A stretch of DNA of 64,000 nt. Source: Eledone cirrhosa. Its lineage: Eukaryota. The notes beneath the pieces were generated by a model. The model ran no database searches. It saw nothing but the letters and a program-made list of their open reading frames with translations, and was not told where the DNA came from. Below are positions 12,486 to 26,920 of the stretch, one piece after another; position 1 is the first letter of the stretch; each line of letters starts with the position of its first letter. The position numbers were made by a program, and so were the translations under genes. The stretch is from assembly GCA_964016885.1 (NCBI GenBank), contig OZ024745.1, positions 49,042,001 through 49,106,000 of the forward strand, given 5' to 3'.

Positions 12486-14439
12486 CTTAGTGTCTCTGAG
12501 TGACTTGCAAGCTATCCTTAGATATTGCCACGGAGAATGGCCAGCGACACCCGCTGCAAACGCCTCCCATCTCACGGGGCCCCTTCCTCAGGCGGGATGC
12601 AGTCGTTCCAATTTTACGGAGGAAATCATCAGTGTGGTGGCCAATGATAATCTTAAGGCATAACTACGGTTTGGTACTCCCCTTTGTTTTGTTACCACAC
12701 ACCTTTCTTAATCCTTCATATTTTTTAAAGGGAATTTTACAGAGATACGTTTCCGAAGGTGTAGATTATGATTATGTTGATAGAATTAAAAACATATTTC
12801 TCTTTCCCCACCACAATTCCTATTTGTAGAAATGGCATTATGTTCCCGTAGAAATTGTATGACATTATCTTGATTTCTCGAGCGTCCCCTGCTATAGTGT
12901 GTAATTGAATGTGCATTTCTTTGTCCGCCATATTTTGCTTGTTTTCTTTCTTTTACCCATTAATACAAATTGTTAATCTTTTGATAATTTATGTAAATAA
13001 GATACGTTCAAGTTAAATATTTATCAGCACGAAATTGGAAAGTACAATGAAAGAATTTCTTCATTTAAATATTAGCTTACTACAAAAAGGAATTATATAT
13101 AAAATCAAATTTGGCAGTGGAATTCGGTAAACAGAATAGGATAACTTTATAATGAATTGTATCTATATGGGCAGTTCTTTGCTTGCTATAGAACCGATGG
13201 AGATTTGATTAGATCCCCCAAGTGTATCTTGTAATGAATAGTAAGAGGTGGCGAATTGGCGGAGTCGTTAGAACTTTGGATATAATGCTTTGCGTCATTC
13301 ATTTCGGCTCTCTGAGTCCAAATCACAGTGAGGTCAACTTAGCCTTTCATCCTTTCGAGATCGATAAAAAGTACTAATCCAGTACTGAGGTCGATTCTTC
13401 CTCTATATCTCTTTCCCACTCTCCTCCCCTCTCCGCCAGGTTTAAATTGTCCAAGACACGCCGTATGTCACGACGGCGCTCTTACGAGTCCATAAAGAGT
13501 TACAAGTTCATACGTACAATAAATACTAAAGTTGGTGAGATATATATTTTACACGCAGCTCACATCCTTTCTTTCTTAGTCTCACGTTGTTACTATCACG
13601 TACAAAGTTTGTGTAAGGAAACACGAGAAATAATCGATACTGACTCTCGTTGAATCTGACTATGTTTTCCGGTCATCATCATTATTTTATGTTCGCTTTC
13701 CATGTCGAAGATATTCGCATGTAACACAACACAAGTGGCTAGATGCTATCAGGATATTATGAAGTATGACAAAAACATTATCCTTACATTAAAAAATGAT
13801 TTATATCTATTTCCGCGCGCGCGTGAGAGGGAGAGTAGCGAAATGGCAGATTTGTTAGAATGTTGGATAAAATACTTTGCGGTATTTGTTGGCTCTTTTC
13901 GTCCTGAGTTCAAATCCCGCCGAGATGGTGGATTGTTAAGCCCTTGTGGTAAGTGTATTTCAGCTCCTTGCATTCTGAGTTCATTTTCTACCTCTTGAAA
14001 AAAGAGAAAAAGAGTGAAAAAAAAAAGGGAAAAACAACAGCAAAAAACAAAAAGACGGATCTTTCGGGAACCCACACGGACGAGAATGGGTTTGAGAACG
14101 ACCTTAAGCAAGTCCCCAAATATTTCAACTGATCAGTCTCATTGCCAGCACATTATGTCAGGAAATATTACGAATGGACGTTCGTGTCTTCTTTAATGAG
14201 TCATGTACCAAAATATATATTTATCCTGAGTTACATATAACGTTACAGTTAATATACATAAAGAGAACGTTGGCTTGACAACTAAAGTACTGATGTGTGG
14301 TGTCTATCCAGACTCGGGCAACTCCTATAACTATATATTCAAACATTCGCTAACATCTTTGCACACTAACATAGAATTTGGCGGAATGGTAGAATCGTTA
14401 GGGCGTTTTGAAATGGAGTGGAGAGTATTTAGCTGTTAA

Positions 14440-15780
14440 ATGCTGCGGGCGAAAGCGGCACGGTGTGGCGCTAGTTGGCATGAAAACCTCTTGATTCAAG
14501 CGGGTTAAAGATGTCATACGAGCAAAGAAGGAGGCTTATAAAGCTTGACTTGGAAACAAGTCTTCCTTTTTACATTCGCGGTACAAACAGGCACGAAAAG
14601 TTGCGACAGATATAGTAAAGGCGTCCAAAGTTAAGACTTGCGAGGACTTTAGGGTTAAACTGTAATCCGAGTTATAAGAAGTCTTCCTCCTCGCCCGCTA
14701 TCAAAACTTGTCTGGGGTTCTGCTCGTAAGGTGGAAAGAATACTTTGCTGATTTCTTAAATATGGTAACAGCAGCATATTCTGATGTACACGAGGTGCAT
14801 CTCGGGGCGAAGACTAACATCACAGGCTGGGGTCACTAAAGTAATTAAATCGCTCAAATCTGACGCCCTCTGGAGAGGGTGAAATTCGGTCAGATATGTT
14901 AAAAGCCTTAAATAAAGAAGATATGCTCTCGCTGACTCATGAGTTCCAGGTGGCTTGAATCTCTGGAAAAAGCACCAAAACAATGGCAATCAGGAGTGAT
15001 AATTCCAATTTTAAGAGATTGCTCTAGTTATAGAGGTATTTCCTTGTTAAACCTTCCCGGTAAAGTCTATTCTAAACGTACGAGAAAGAGATATAGGGAT
15101 TTTGTTGAGTCCAAGGTAGTTGACGAACAGTGTGGTTTTCGTTCGGACACAGCACAGCCGACCAAATATTCACTCTGCGGTAGATCTTCGAGAAGTCGTG
15201 GGAGTGTTGCCAAGATGTGTATGCTTGTTTTGTAGACATCGAAAAGGCATACAACCACATTCAATGAGGGTGTTCAACTCTGCCAAGGGTGCGTATTGTC
15301 ACCTCTCTTGTTCATACACTTCATGGATAAGATTGACATGCGCTGTGGGGTTAGAAGATGTATAAAATGTGTTGCGAAAACTGGGACATTACTTATGATC
15401 TAGAATCTTGGGTAATGACCGAAAGAATACAAGCGACCGAAATGAGATTCCTCCGAAGAGTTTTGTAGTTACGTTATTCGATATGGTGTTCAATTCTCTG
15501 AATCGAGAGATCACTGCTCCGATACAACAGACATGTGGTCAGAATATCGGGAAAGAATCACTGGACAGATTTAACAGGCAAAACCAACCGGCGGGAGATC
15601 CAGAGGTCAATGACAAGCAAGATGGTTGGACAACATCCATGAACTCGGTTGCATTTGCTTGGGGATCGAACCGGGTCTTTTGTAGGTGGTTGCTTCTGAT
15701 AGGGCCCTCTTGAATACATGTCTGAGGATTCTGCCCCCACGACTCTCTCAAGAATAAGTGGGTGAAGAAGAAGAAAGATT
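14440..15780 (+). mobile_element. Degenerate RTE-clade LINE with internal deletions
   Basis: WQSGVIIPI..CSSYRGISLLNLPGKVYSK, DEQCGFR and ACFVDIEKAY are interrupted by frameshifts. A (GAA)n tail lies near 15764. Confidence 0.8.
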
Positions 15781-16439
15781 ATAATAAAGAGATTCTTTGA
15801 GAATACACCAGAAAAGAAAAAGAAATAAGGTGCTTGAAGAGAAATGTTAACAAGTACGAACAGATATTCCACTCTAGAAATAGACAAGGATCCATAAACG
15901 CAAGGTAATCAGCAAAGTCCAAAACAGCCTGATGCTTCTTCTACTGAGAGAACAGTCTGGAATCTCATCTGAGGGGAAACGTTGTAAGTGATGCAGATGT
16001 GGAAGTTAGAGTCGATGGCAACAGTCAGAGCAATAAAATATATGAAAGTTAATGATTTTGCTGAATTGAATGTTTTAACCAAGGAACAACGATCATATTG
16101 AATTCTTAATAGTCCAGTATTAACTCTAAGTGGTCTTAAGAAATCAAGACAAGAATTGTTCAAAAACTGATATTAGTATCAGAAATAAAAATACATAACA
16201 TAATATTTTTTCCAGATTGTGTCGTTCGAGACGTTTTGGTGAGCTTGGCTCGCCTTACTGATGTATCAGGTGATGCACGTTAGGCTGCTAAATTATTCCA
16301 GCTCTTTAGTCTCGCTATCTCCTGCAGCAATGCTGCGAGTGTGTTGGTTTGCCTAAAAAAATCCGCTTTAATTTTTTTATGTAATATATCATGTAAATAC
16401 AATGTAATAGAAAAAAAAAAAAAAGATTGCGAACTCGAC

Positions 16440-17430
16440 ACCACCATTCGACGCTGAGCAGAACTCATCTGCAACGTCAATTTTGACAGCTCCGGCTGGC
16501 AACAGGTGAAAGCTCCCAGCGAGGTTCGGTGGCCTCGGCCTCCGATCAGCTTTGGATCTGGTTCTATCTGCCTACCTCTCTTAAATCTCCTTCAGTCGCG
16601 AGGTTCTCAGCCAGACGGCCGAACCTGACCAAGCCCAAAAGCTTGAACAGGCTCCGGCCGACTGGACAGGCGAAAGCCTCTCTGTCCCCCAGTATACAAC
16701 TGTCCAACGTAACTGGGACGACATCAATTGCAGGTCTTCTGTCAGTCGGATCAAGTCTGGCTTGGACCAACACCGCCTTGCCTGCCTCCACTCCGCTTCT
16801 CAGCTCAACAGCAGCGCGTGGCTCAATTCGGTGCCCTCCTTATCAACCGGTACCCTTCTTGATGACGAGTGCATTCGCATCAGAGTAGCCCAACGCCTCG
16901 GCCTCCGCGTGTGTGAACCTCATAAATGCTGTTGCGGGGCGTCGTTGACATGTACGGCCTGCACCCACTGTGTTGCGACTTGAGCGTAGGCCGGTTCCCC
17001 CGACAGACCGCTCTCAATGACATATTAAAAAAAAACCGGGACGCAGCTGGCTTCCCATCACAACTGGAGCCAGAAGTCCTTGACTGTGTAGACGCCAAGT
17101 GCCCCGATGGCATTATCCGCTTCCCATTCGAAGCAGGTAGATCTCTCATCTGGGACGCCACATGTGACATGTTCTCCGTCTCCAACTTAGTCGCTTCGGC
17201 CACAAACCCTGGTACCGCGGCTCGCCTTGCGGAGGTAAGGAAGATAAACATATACCGAGGATTGTTCGGCCGCTTCGTTTTCGCACCGGTTGCCATCGAG
17301 ACCTCAAGCGTACTTGGACCCGTACAGTCGAGCTATTCTGCAAGATCGGAACGTCGGTGACCCGTTTGAAGAAAAAGCCTCGCGAGGTGGAGTGGCTGTT
17401 GCAGCGGGTGTCGTTAGCCATTATCCACGG
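16440..17430 (+). pseudogene. CRE-type non-LTR retrotransposon 3' part: zinc knuckle and restriction-like endonuclease
   Basis: Contains FGGLGLRS, AWLNSVP, RLGLRVCEPHKCCCG..GLHPLCC, CPDG..LIWDATC..AEVRKINIY and FAPVAIETS (PD-(D/E)xK-type RLE), with frameshifts. Confidence 0.8.
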
Positions 17431-18483
17431 GACTTATACCCTGGGCCCAGCACCCGGTCGCCTGCGACCTCCCTCTCCTCATTCTTCTGTGACATTGGAG
17501 TCCTTGCCATTCCCTCCCTTTTCCTGATTTTTTTTCTTTTTCCTAAAAAATTATTACAGGGAAACTCCAGCACCCTTTGTTGTGGTGTTTCATTGAGTGT
17601 GCATGTCTTCCTCGACATTTTTCTTTTGTATGTAAATTGTGTTTATATACTAATTCATATAACGAATATAAAATTATACAAATAAAAAAAATACAACTTG
17701 CTTATACAGGTTTCTGCGTTTATTGTTATGTTCTTTTTACTTATTTATTTATCGTTTATACAAGCCTGCGGTCTAAGAGAGAGGACAATTGTTTAAGAAG
17801 TTTTAGGGTCCATAGTCTAGAACAGTGGGCAGCATGAGATATGGTTCATTATAAGGTACCCGCGGTATTAAAAACATTCAAGGTAAATTTTTTATTGGGC
17901 GTGCCTGGATTTAAGGAAGCTAGAGGGACTGCATGCGTCCAGCTAGCCGCAATTTGCTAGACGAACGAAAATAAACATGATACATCAAGTCTGGCTGATA
18001 GCGGCTTGTCACATCTTCATTAACGATTGTTTAAAAGCTCAGGTCTCTATTCAGTCAAGTGTAACTGGTGTGGTTAATTTATCTCCACGGTAAACAAAGC
18101 GTTAGTTACTTTAGTTCAATAAGCTAACAAGGCAGTGGCTATCTGTGAGAGAATAGGAAGACAACTGGTGAAGACAACTTACCGGTTGTCGTTAAACTAC
18201 GAAACTGGCGAAAGTTGCACCAATTAATAAGGAGGGTATTATTCTCACCGGGTTTGTCGAACAAACAGAAAACAGTGTAGCGAAAGGGGAGGATACAGAA
18301 CAATCAACGTCGGTTTACCGCGATGAAAACGGAAAAAATTCAGTCACTTGTGAAGCAGAGTCTTCTACTACTGCTATACCGACAGTGGAGGAAGAGAGCG
18401 GGGAATATAAAGTCAGAGAAAGAGGAAGTAGTGAAAATATCGTTAAGCGGACCATAGTTAACGGTGCCTTTGAAGTACTCAAA

Positions 18484-18582
18484 ATGGAAATGGATGCACT
18501 CGTATCGGCAGAAAAACAGGACCCCCTACCCCGAGATGAAAGTATACAGAGTACGGAAGCTCTTAATTTAACTTTACACCAA
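18484..18582 (+). CDS. TRPA1: TRPA exon 1 (from first in-frame ATG; frame is open from 18196)
   Basis: MEMDALVS...LNLTLHQ|gtaagt. Joined to exon 2 it gives TLHQ-CARDGD, a complete ankyrin motif. The true start is uncertain. Confidence 0.75.
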
Positions 18583-20145
18583 GTAAGTTACTTCTAAATT
18601 ACTTATTAACGCGATGAAAGATACGATCGAGTTAGAAAATATAGATAGTGTGTGAGAAAGAGTAAGAGGATATACAGACATTGAGATAGGGGTTGTAACG
18701 TCTATCGTTTACATGTAATTATTGTTTGCTACAGCGACGGAGAACTGCTGTTTATCGTGATATGTCCCTGTCATTTTATTAAATTTTCTTAAAACTTCGA
18801 TCAAACCAGAAAATATACTAATTTCGTGTCTCTCCCAATAATGATTCATTCAAATGGTTATATAAGCTGTTTTTTCTTTCTTAAGTTAATTTTGAGTTTC
18901 ACATGTGTCATTTAACCTATTTAAAGCAGTGCACTTAAGAGTTGCTGTGGGTTCAGGTTTGATAATGTGAGAAGTAAGATCGCTTTAATTTAATAGAAAA
19001 CCACACATGTCTATGTTTAATTAAGAAATTATTTAAAAACCTGCTTGAGTTAGATATATAGAAAATATATCACCCCCCCCCCCCCCCACGAAAATGTATA
19101 CACACTCACACTTCCACCTTATATATATATATATATATACATACATACACACAGAGTGTCCAAAAAATGTATACACACTTTTATTAGAATGCTATTGAAG
19201 CGTGTATACATTTTTTGTGCTAACTAGAAAATCATATGGTGCGTGTTTCTTTTTATTGACAATACTAGCATCCTCACACATACACACATACATACATACA
19301 TACATAGTGTGTGTGTATATATGCATGTATGTATGTATGGTTAAGAGAGTGGGACTGGCTTTGTGCAGTGCCCTTTGCTCACTATAAAAGCTTCACGGCA
19401 CAGGCATTGCTTTATATCTGGAGATCTCTCTGCACTTGTCGTCACATGGTACCATGGGCCCAGCACTATGTGTCAATAATTATCACAAGTGTAGTGTTTG
19501 TACCAGAGTTTTCAAGTCGCTGGCTGGACTAAAAAGTCACACTCGTTCAGCGCATCGGTAGGGGTTCTCCTACATGGATATAAAGTAGTGGCCGTACTCG
19601 AAAACGAGTTGGCAGCCACCATGTATGTATGTTTATAGGGGTTGCAGAGCTGTTTTTAGGGAGAAGGGTTACTTAAAAGAAGCACACGTATGTGTGTGTA
19701 AACACACCTAGCATTCCTTTAAATATGTTAGTATTAAATGAGTGAATACTGGGGAAGCAACATTGAAACTTCCAGCTCCCTAAATTTGATTTTTTTCCTG
19801 CCCACGACATACTAATTTAGCAAAATTTATGAACTTCATTAAATATTTGTTACTGTTAAATGTTACATATCTGATAATGTTTTTTTTTTAATCTTTCAAA
19901 TTAAATAAACATACCAGTTTTTTTTTCGAATCTATTTTATTTATTTTAAATAACATATACAAAGATTAAGCTAAATAACGATTTTCCTGAAGTTCTTTAA
20001 TAGATGTAGATTGCCTTTCTGATGGGAGAGGATTCCAAATTCCATACGTGTATCGGTAACAAGGGTAATTCCATGGATTGTAGTGCAATTCCATCATTGA
20101 ACTCTTCTTAACTACCGCATTAATGAAATTGATAGTATATTATAT

Positions 20146-20176
<31 letters not shown>

Positions 20177-20290
20177 TTATATATACACAGGTGAAATCCC
20201 AGAGTATAAGACTCATTTTTTAGCCTTGATGATAATGAATATAAATAAACTTTACTTCGGTTTTGAGTACTCCTCTCTCTTAATCGCCAA

Positions 20291-20331
<41 letters not shown>

Positions 20332-22384
20332 TACATATATATATGAAAGAGAGAGAGAGAGAGAGAGAATAAACACAGAAAAAAAAACACGAAGAGAGAG
20401 CACTTGCAGGTATATCAAAAACAAACTAAGGCAATTAAGAGCAAAGTTTAAGCGTCTGTTAGAACACAAGACTCTAAAGGCTAACTTTAAAAAAAAGGCA
20501 TGTTGCAGAGATATCTTAACAATCATTTTATTGGATCAAACTAAAACGAAATCTTTAAATATTTTAATTTTATGAAAAAAAAGGAAATAAAAATAGAAGT
20601 GTTCACGTCGTAATCTATGAAAAAAAAGAAGTTAATTCTCAGTTCACACCTATGTCAATTTAGCTGGTTTCCTACAATATTGCATATCATGGGTGGTTTG
20701 TCGGCTATTTTTATTATACTGGTTACTATTTATGTCATGTAAAGCAATGTGGAATGAAACATCTTGCTCAAGAACAAAACCCGCAACCCTGTTCAGGAAC
20801 CAAACCCTCGAACTTATGATCTCAAGTTCAAAACCTTAACCATGAAGCCACACTCTTTCACACAGTCAAGTAATAATGCTATTCTTGACTTCAACTAAAT
20901 ACCTTGAAGTATAGCTGAAAGATGATATCCAGTAACTAAATAAATGCCAGAAAAATAATGAAAGAATTATATCAAAAAATGACTGGCTGGGCTCCACAGC
21001 TTTCACCTATAATTTAGTGATATCTTTTAACTTCCCATCTCTCTCTTTATAGGAAAGGTGTATCAGGCTTTATAGTCTAGACAATTTGTTAGTCTCTACA
21101 ACTCAGTGAAACACCAAACATAAATCTAACGTAGGCGCAGCCCAGGCTGTGGGGTTAACAAGTTCACTTTGCAACCACACCCTATGTGGTTTGATCCGAC
21201 CTCATTAGGCTATTTATTGTCTATGCTAATTATGATGATGATGATCATCATCATTGTTCAATGACCATTTTTCCAAGCTAGCATTTGTTTGACAAGTTGT
21301 CCCGTTGTGAGACAAGTCAGATCAGATCTTGCTAAAAAAGAATTGTTCCTGGCTTGGTTTCTATGGCTGGATGCGCTTCATAACGCCAACCACATGTGCT
21401 GTGTGGACTGAGTGCATTTTATTGTGGCACCAAAACCACCAACTGACAGGTTGGAGTGGGTCCTTTTTGTCGTGGCACCAGCATGACCACTTTACAGGGT
21501 GGACCAGGTTCTTTCTGTCGTGCCACCAACATGACCACTTTTCAGGGTGGTCAGAGTGCTTTTTGTGTCAGAAACGTGACCACTTTACAGGGTGGACTGG
21601 GTGCTTATTTGTCATGTCATCGGTACAATCACCTTACAGGGTGGACTAGGGGCTTTTCTTATGTCACCAGTATGACCACCATACAGTGTGAACTGAAAGC
21701 TTTTAGGCATTTCAGCAGCTTGTGTAGACAGTGTTTTTTTGTCGTGGAAGCGGCATTATGGAAGGGAGGAAGCAGATTTGGAGCATGTCCAACTTTCCAC
21801 GCTTGTATAGGAGTTAAGCCTGACCGGAGAGGTACCTTAGGAACGAGTGTGGGGAGGAGAAGGAGTATGCAAGTTGGATGTGGTGAGTGGGGTATTTTGT
21901 TGGTGAGGACGAGGTTATTAAGATTAGAGAAGGTGAATGGAGGAAGGGTAGGGAAATGTTAGTTCCAGGCTAGTGTCTTCAACATATTGTTTCGTCCTGC
22001 AGTCTTCTGCAGCACAACATAACGCCAGAGATCCTGATCCCGTGTCATCTCCTTGGAGAGGTTTAATTGAGCAAGGTCAGCTTTTATCACTTCATCCCAA
22101 GCTTTCCTAGGTCTTCCTCTTCTATAGCTACCATCAACTTTGTGCACCCTGAACCTTTTTATACAGCTATCGTCCTCCATGCACATCTCATGCCTGTCTA
22201 TACTACCACAATATTTTCTCCTGCACACTGTATCTGACTCCTCTTATGTTCAGTTTCTCTCTTAGTTCATTGACACTGTTCATGCACACTACTATTACAC
22301 ATTCATCGAAGCATGCAAGCTTCATTTCTTTCCAATCTTCGTAGGCCCTCTGCCCACAGTGCCCAGGTCTACCATGCAGCATTG

Positions 22385-22438
<54 letters not shown>

Positions 22439-25391
22439 TGTGGTGGCATGATAGAAGGAACCTAGTTTACACTGTGGAGTGGTCGTGTTGGTGACATGAC
22501 CCCCCCCCCCAGTTCACCCGTTAGAGTAGTGGTGGTAGCAACACGACAGTAAACGCCCAGTCCACTCTGTAAAGTGGTTGTGATGGTGTCATAATAAAAA
22601 TCACCCAGCCTCCACACTGTAAATGTGGTTGGCATTTGGAAGGGCATCCAGCCATAGAAACCATGCCAGAAGCAGTTCTATATTAGCAAAACATGGTCAT
22701 CTGATCTGACTTGTCTCACAAGGGAACCACTCATCTAACATATACTAGCATGGAAAAATGGACGTTAAACAATGATGATAATGATGATATATATATATAT
22801 ATCATCATCATTATCGTTTAACGTCCATTTTCCACGCCAGCATGGGTCTGGACGGGAATTGTCCCACTTGAGGCGAGATTGGACTGTCTGGCGGGTTTTC
22901 TACGGCTGGATGCCTTTCCTAACACCAACCACGTTTACAGTGTGGACTGGGAGGTTTTTAGCGTGTTACCTACACGGCCACATTACAGCGTGGACTGTGT
23001 TTTTTTGTCGTGACACCTACACGACCTCATTTATTTAGGACTGGATGTTGTGATACCAACATAGCTTTACATCGAAAGGCGTGGTGTAGATGGCGGTGGG
23101 GGTAGGGTTAGTGGGGCGGGGGTGTATTTTGGTTAAGAGGTGCCTACTGACTGTAGGTTTCGCTTTGTACCTAGGCAAGGTGGGTCTTCTGTATTACTAC
23201 GTAGCGCCAAAGATCTCGGTCCAGTGACATTGTCTTGGAGAGGTGTAAGTGTGTGAGGTCGGATTTTATCAAGTCGTCCCAGGTTTTTCTGGGTCTGCCT
23301 ACTCCGTAGCTACCGTCTATTTTGATCGCCCTGCACTTTTTTTTATACAGCTGTCGTCTTTCATGCGCATCACGTGACTATACCAACGTAGTCTTCTCTC
23401 GAGTAAACATCTGATCCATTTTATTCCTAATTTCTCACTTAGTTCATTTATGCTTTGCCGTTCGCGTATATTACTATTACACATCCATATATCTATCTAT
23501 CTATATATATATATATATATATACACACTGGTATCTACCTGTTTATGGTAGATCCAATAATGTTGTTAGAACTCCATATAGTCTTGAAGTAATAATTCCA
23601 AAGAGATCAGGCGATGTGAGTTATTGTTATTGTAGTAGGCTTTCATCATATGAAATTCCATTGTGCTAAACAAGCTTCAGTAATATACATATGTGTTGAA
23701 CAATGAAATTAAAAAATAAAAGGCAAAGATTGGTGCTTAATTAGTTCATTATTTATATATATATATATATATAGTGAAAAAATGTGTATATGTCAGAAAA
23801 CGTTCTATACAGATAATGTTATATAAGGAAAATGATAGAAGAAAAAAAGGGTTTGAAAAGTGCACCTGGTATATACAGGGTGCCCAAAAGAAAATGTATA
23901 CGTATATTTATTAGAATGCTGTTGAAGTGTGTATACATTTTTTGGGACACTCTGTATACAAAGGATCTTTATAACATGTACAAAATTGATGTTTCGCAAA
24001 GCATACTTTCTCCGTATTGGATTATCAAAACATTTTTTATTAGGTTAAATGGGTTTTTTTTCGTTAAAACTCATGCATATTATACATTTAAATCCTGCTT
24101 CTCTCAACACCTGCATACATTTAATAGCAAACAACTGCAGAATTCAACATCTCTGTCAAAATATATTTGGCAATTGAAAGACAGCAGGATTACAAACCTT
24201 ACAATCAAAGGCAAAGGTCTATAATAGATGAGTCATGAGATGCCACCTATGTACCACAGAAAAACTAAATATCCTAGTCTCATTAACTAACATCTTGAAC
24301 TCTCGGGAGAAAGACTGTTCTCCTGCTTCCATACAAAATAGTTCAGCTTATGTTAACCCTTTAGCATTTACTTTACCCTATATTTACTATTGTATTTCTA
24401 TGGTAAAGGCTTTACCTCACATAGTTATCTCACATAATATCGAATCTGTGAGATTTTGATATTATTTATTTTGAGAACAATATCTTAACATCAGTATGAG
24501 TGGCTAGTTACAGCTGCTTTGAACAGAAAGAGGTGAGAGAATTCTGGCCGGATACAGCCAGTTTAAATGCTGAAGGGCTAAACATATCTACCCCCTGGAC
24601 AACATACTGGATTACCTACTGGGTAATGATGCGACCAATTTCTGCAAATGTTCGAGGATCTCCCTCCCTTCCCCACCACCCATCATGACTCCATATCTCA
24701 GCAACCACTGCCACCCACTAAGCCTCACTGTCAGTAGTTAATCCAGCAACAATTTATTTCATATATTTCACTATTCTTATGTCATATATTATATTCCATA
24801 ATTCCGTATTTAAATCGTCCTAATCCTTATATTATACTTTATTTTATGTTTATACTATTTTAATTAAAATATTTTTAATTTTTATTTTTTCCTTTTCCTT
24901 TTTCATACCTTATATTTTACATATTTCCTCAATACCACCCCACAACCACTCACCCACTCATCATAGTTTCCACCAGTACCATTATCATATATTTCACCAC
25001 CCTTAGATGTTACACTACAACTCTATACTTCACAATTCCATATTTTATAATCTTCATTGTATTTAATTCTTTATTTTTTTCTATTCTCCAAATATTATTT
25101 TAAATTATATTCCTTCATATCCTTTACTTATTCCCTCAACACCAACACCACTGCCGCCACCATCACAATACCCCACCCTAACCTCCACACATACACCCAT
25201 TATAGTTTGTCTCTACCCACTTACAATATCTGAAAAATGTATGTATGTATTTCTATTTGCTTATTTATATTTTAAACTTTAATCTGTTATTCTAATAAAT
25301 ATTTGGTCTATGGTTTTTATATATTTGATATATATATATTATCCTTATCGAGCCCTCTTCGGATTTTAGTCTTCACTTTTATTATTATTAT

Positions 25392-25427
<36 letters not shown>

Positions 25428-26464
25428 TAGCAGCAGTACCCAGCGTTGCCTGGGTAGGTAAAATAATATCTGCTTTGATGAAAAGGTGTTGATCTTAGCG
25501 ACTGCTTCTCGATGACTCATCTATGGCCACACACAGGCCATGCGGGGAGGGTGGTGATGACCTCTATCACTGAGAAACGCGGGTTACTGACGAAGGGGCA
25601 TGCTGGGCGTTGGAGGTAATGACCTCTAAGACTAAGTCAAATTTCCTTACGCTACTTGATTGGAAACCGATGAATTCTCAAATACACAACTAAAAGCTCA
25701 GACGACGTCAGTGGCTATCGCTTTGTCTTTGACCATCTATACGATGTGCAATGATAGGTTCTATCGTAGTATAAAAGTTGAACCAAATAAATTGATTTAT
25801 GTGTGAGGTGGAGCCGAAGTTTCGAATTTGAACGAAATCGGTAGAAACATGTGGTAGCTAGAGCCGAAAAGGCGGAAATTTGAGCGAAAAGGTGGTATTT
25901 TCGAATATTTAAGCGGCTGCCACGCCGTTCCTGAACAGAAAATTCAAAATATAAAGCCACTGTAAGACGTGAAATAATCAGATCTAGCGTAGTGTAAAAT
26001 TTGAACAAAGTAGGTTGATTAATGTGGGAGCTAGACCCGAAAAAGTGGAAATTTGAGTCTAAAAGTGGTATTTTTGAATATTTAAGCGGCTGCCACGCCG
26101 TCTCTGAACAACAAATGCAAAATATAAAGCCATTACAGGATGTGCAATGATAAATTCTATTTTGCTTTAAAATTTGAACGAAATCAGTGGCAAAGTGTGG
26201 GAGCTAGAGCCAAAAATCTTATTTTTCGATACCTAAAAAAAGGTGACACCCTATCGACTTTTATCTGCTGAATGACCTCGGAATAAAAAAAACGATACGC
26301 TGATATATAGAAAACACTCCCCGATAACTAATCTATAAACCTGTAAAGTTTCATGAAAATCGGTTGTAAGATGTAGGCCCCTATAGGTAATACACAGACA
26401 GACAGACGCACACACACACTTAATTTTATATATATACAGATATACACACACACACACACACATA

Positions 26465-26523
<59 letters not shown>

Positions 26524-26853
26524 TCATCATCATCATTTTACGTCCGCTTTTCCCTGCTTGCAAGGGTGGGACGGGAACTGATTCTGGCTTGATTTCTACA
26601 GCTGGATGCCCTTCCTAACACCAACCTCATTTACAGTGAGTGCTGGGTGATTTTTTGCCGTGGCACCTCCACAACCACTTTGCAGTGGAATGATAGGGAC
26701 CCCAATCCCTATCATCTCATTTCTACAGCTAAGTAAACTGGAGCAAGGTGAAATAAAGTGTCTTGCTCAAGGAAACAACACATCACCCGGCCTGAGAATT
26801 GAACTCACAACCTTTCGATTGCAAAGCCAATGCTCTAATATCTAAGCCATGTC

Positions 26854-26920
<67 letters not shown>

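Noticed and set aside
12737-12931. Minus-strand ORF MADKEMHIQ... with an AAAATATGGCGG start context
   Set aside because: I found no recognisable domain and no convincing downstream exons. It may be a decayed transposase start, but I cannot support that.
17860-18060. TRPA core promoter (ATTGG next to GGGCGTG near 17895)
   Set aside because: The position is plausible, but these short motifs cannot define a promoter without transcription start data.
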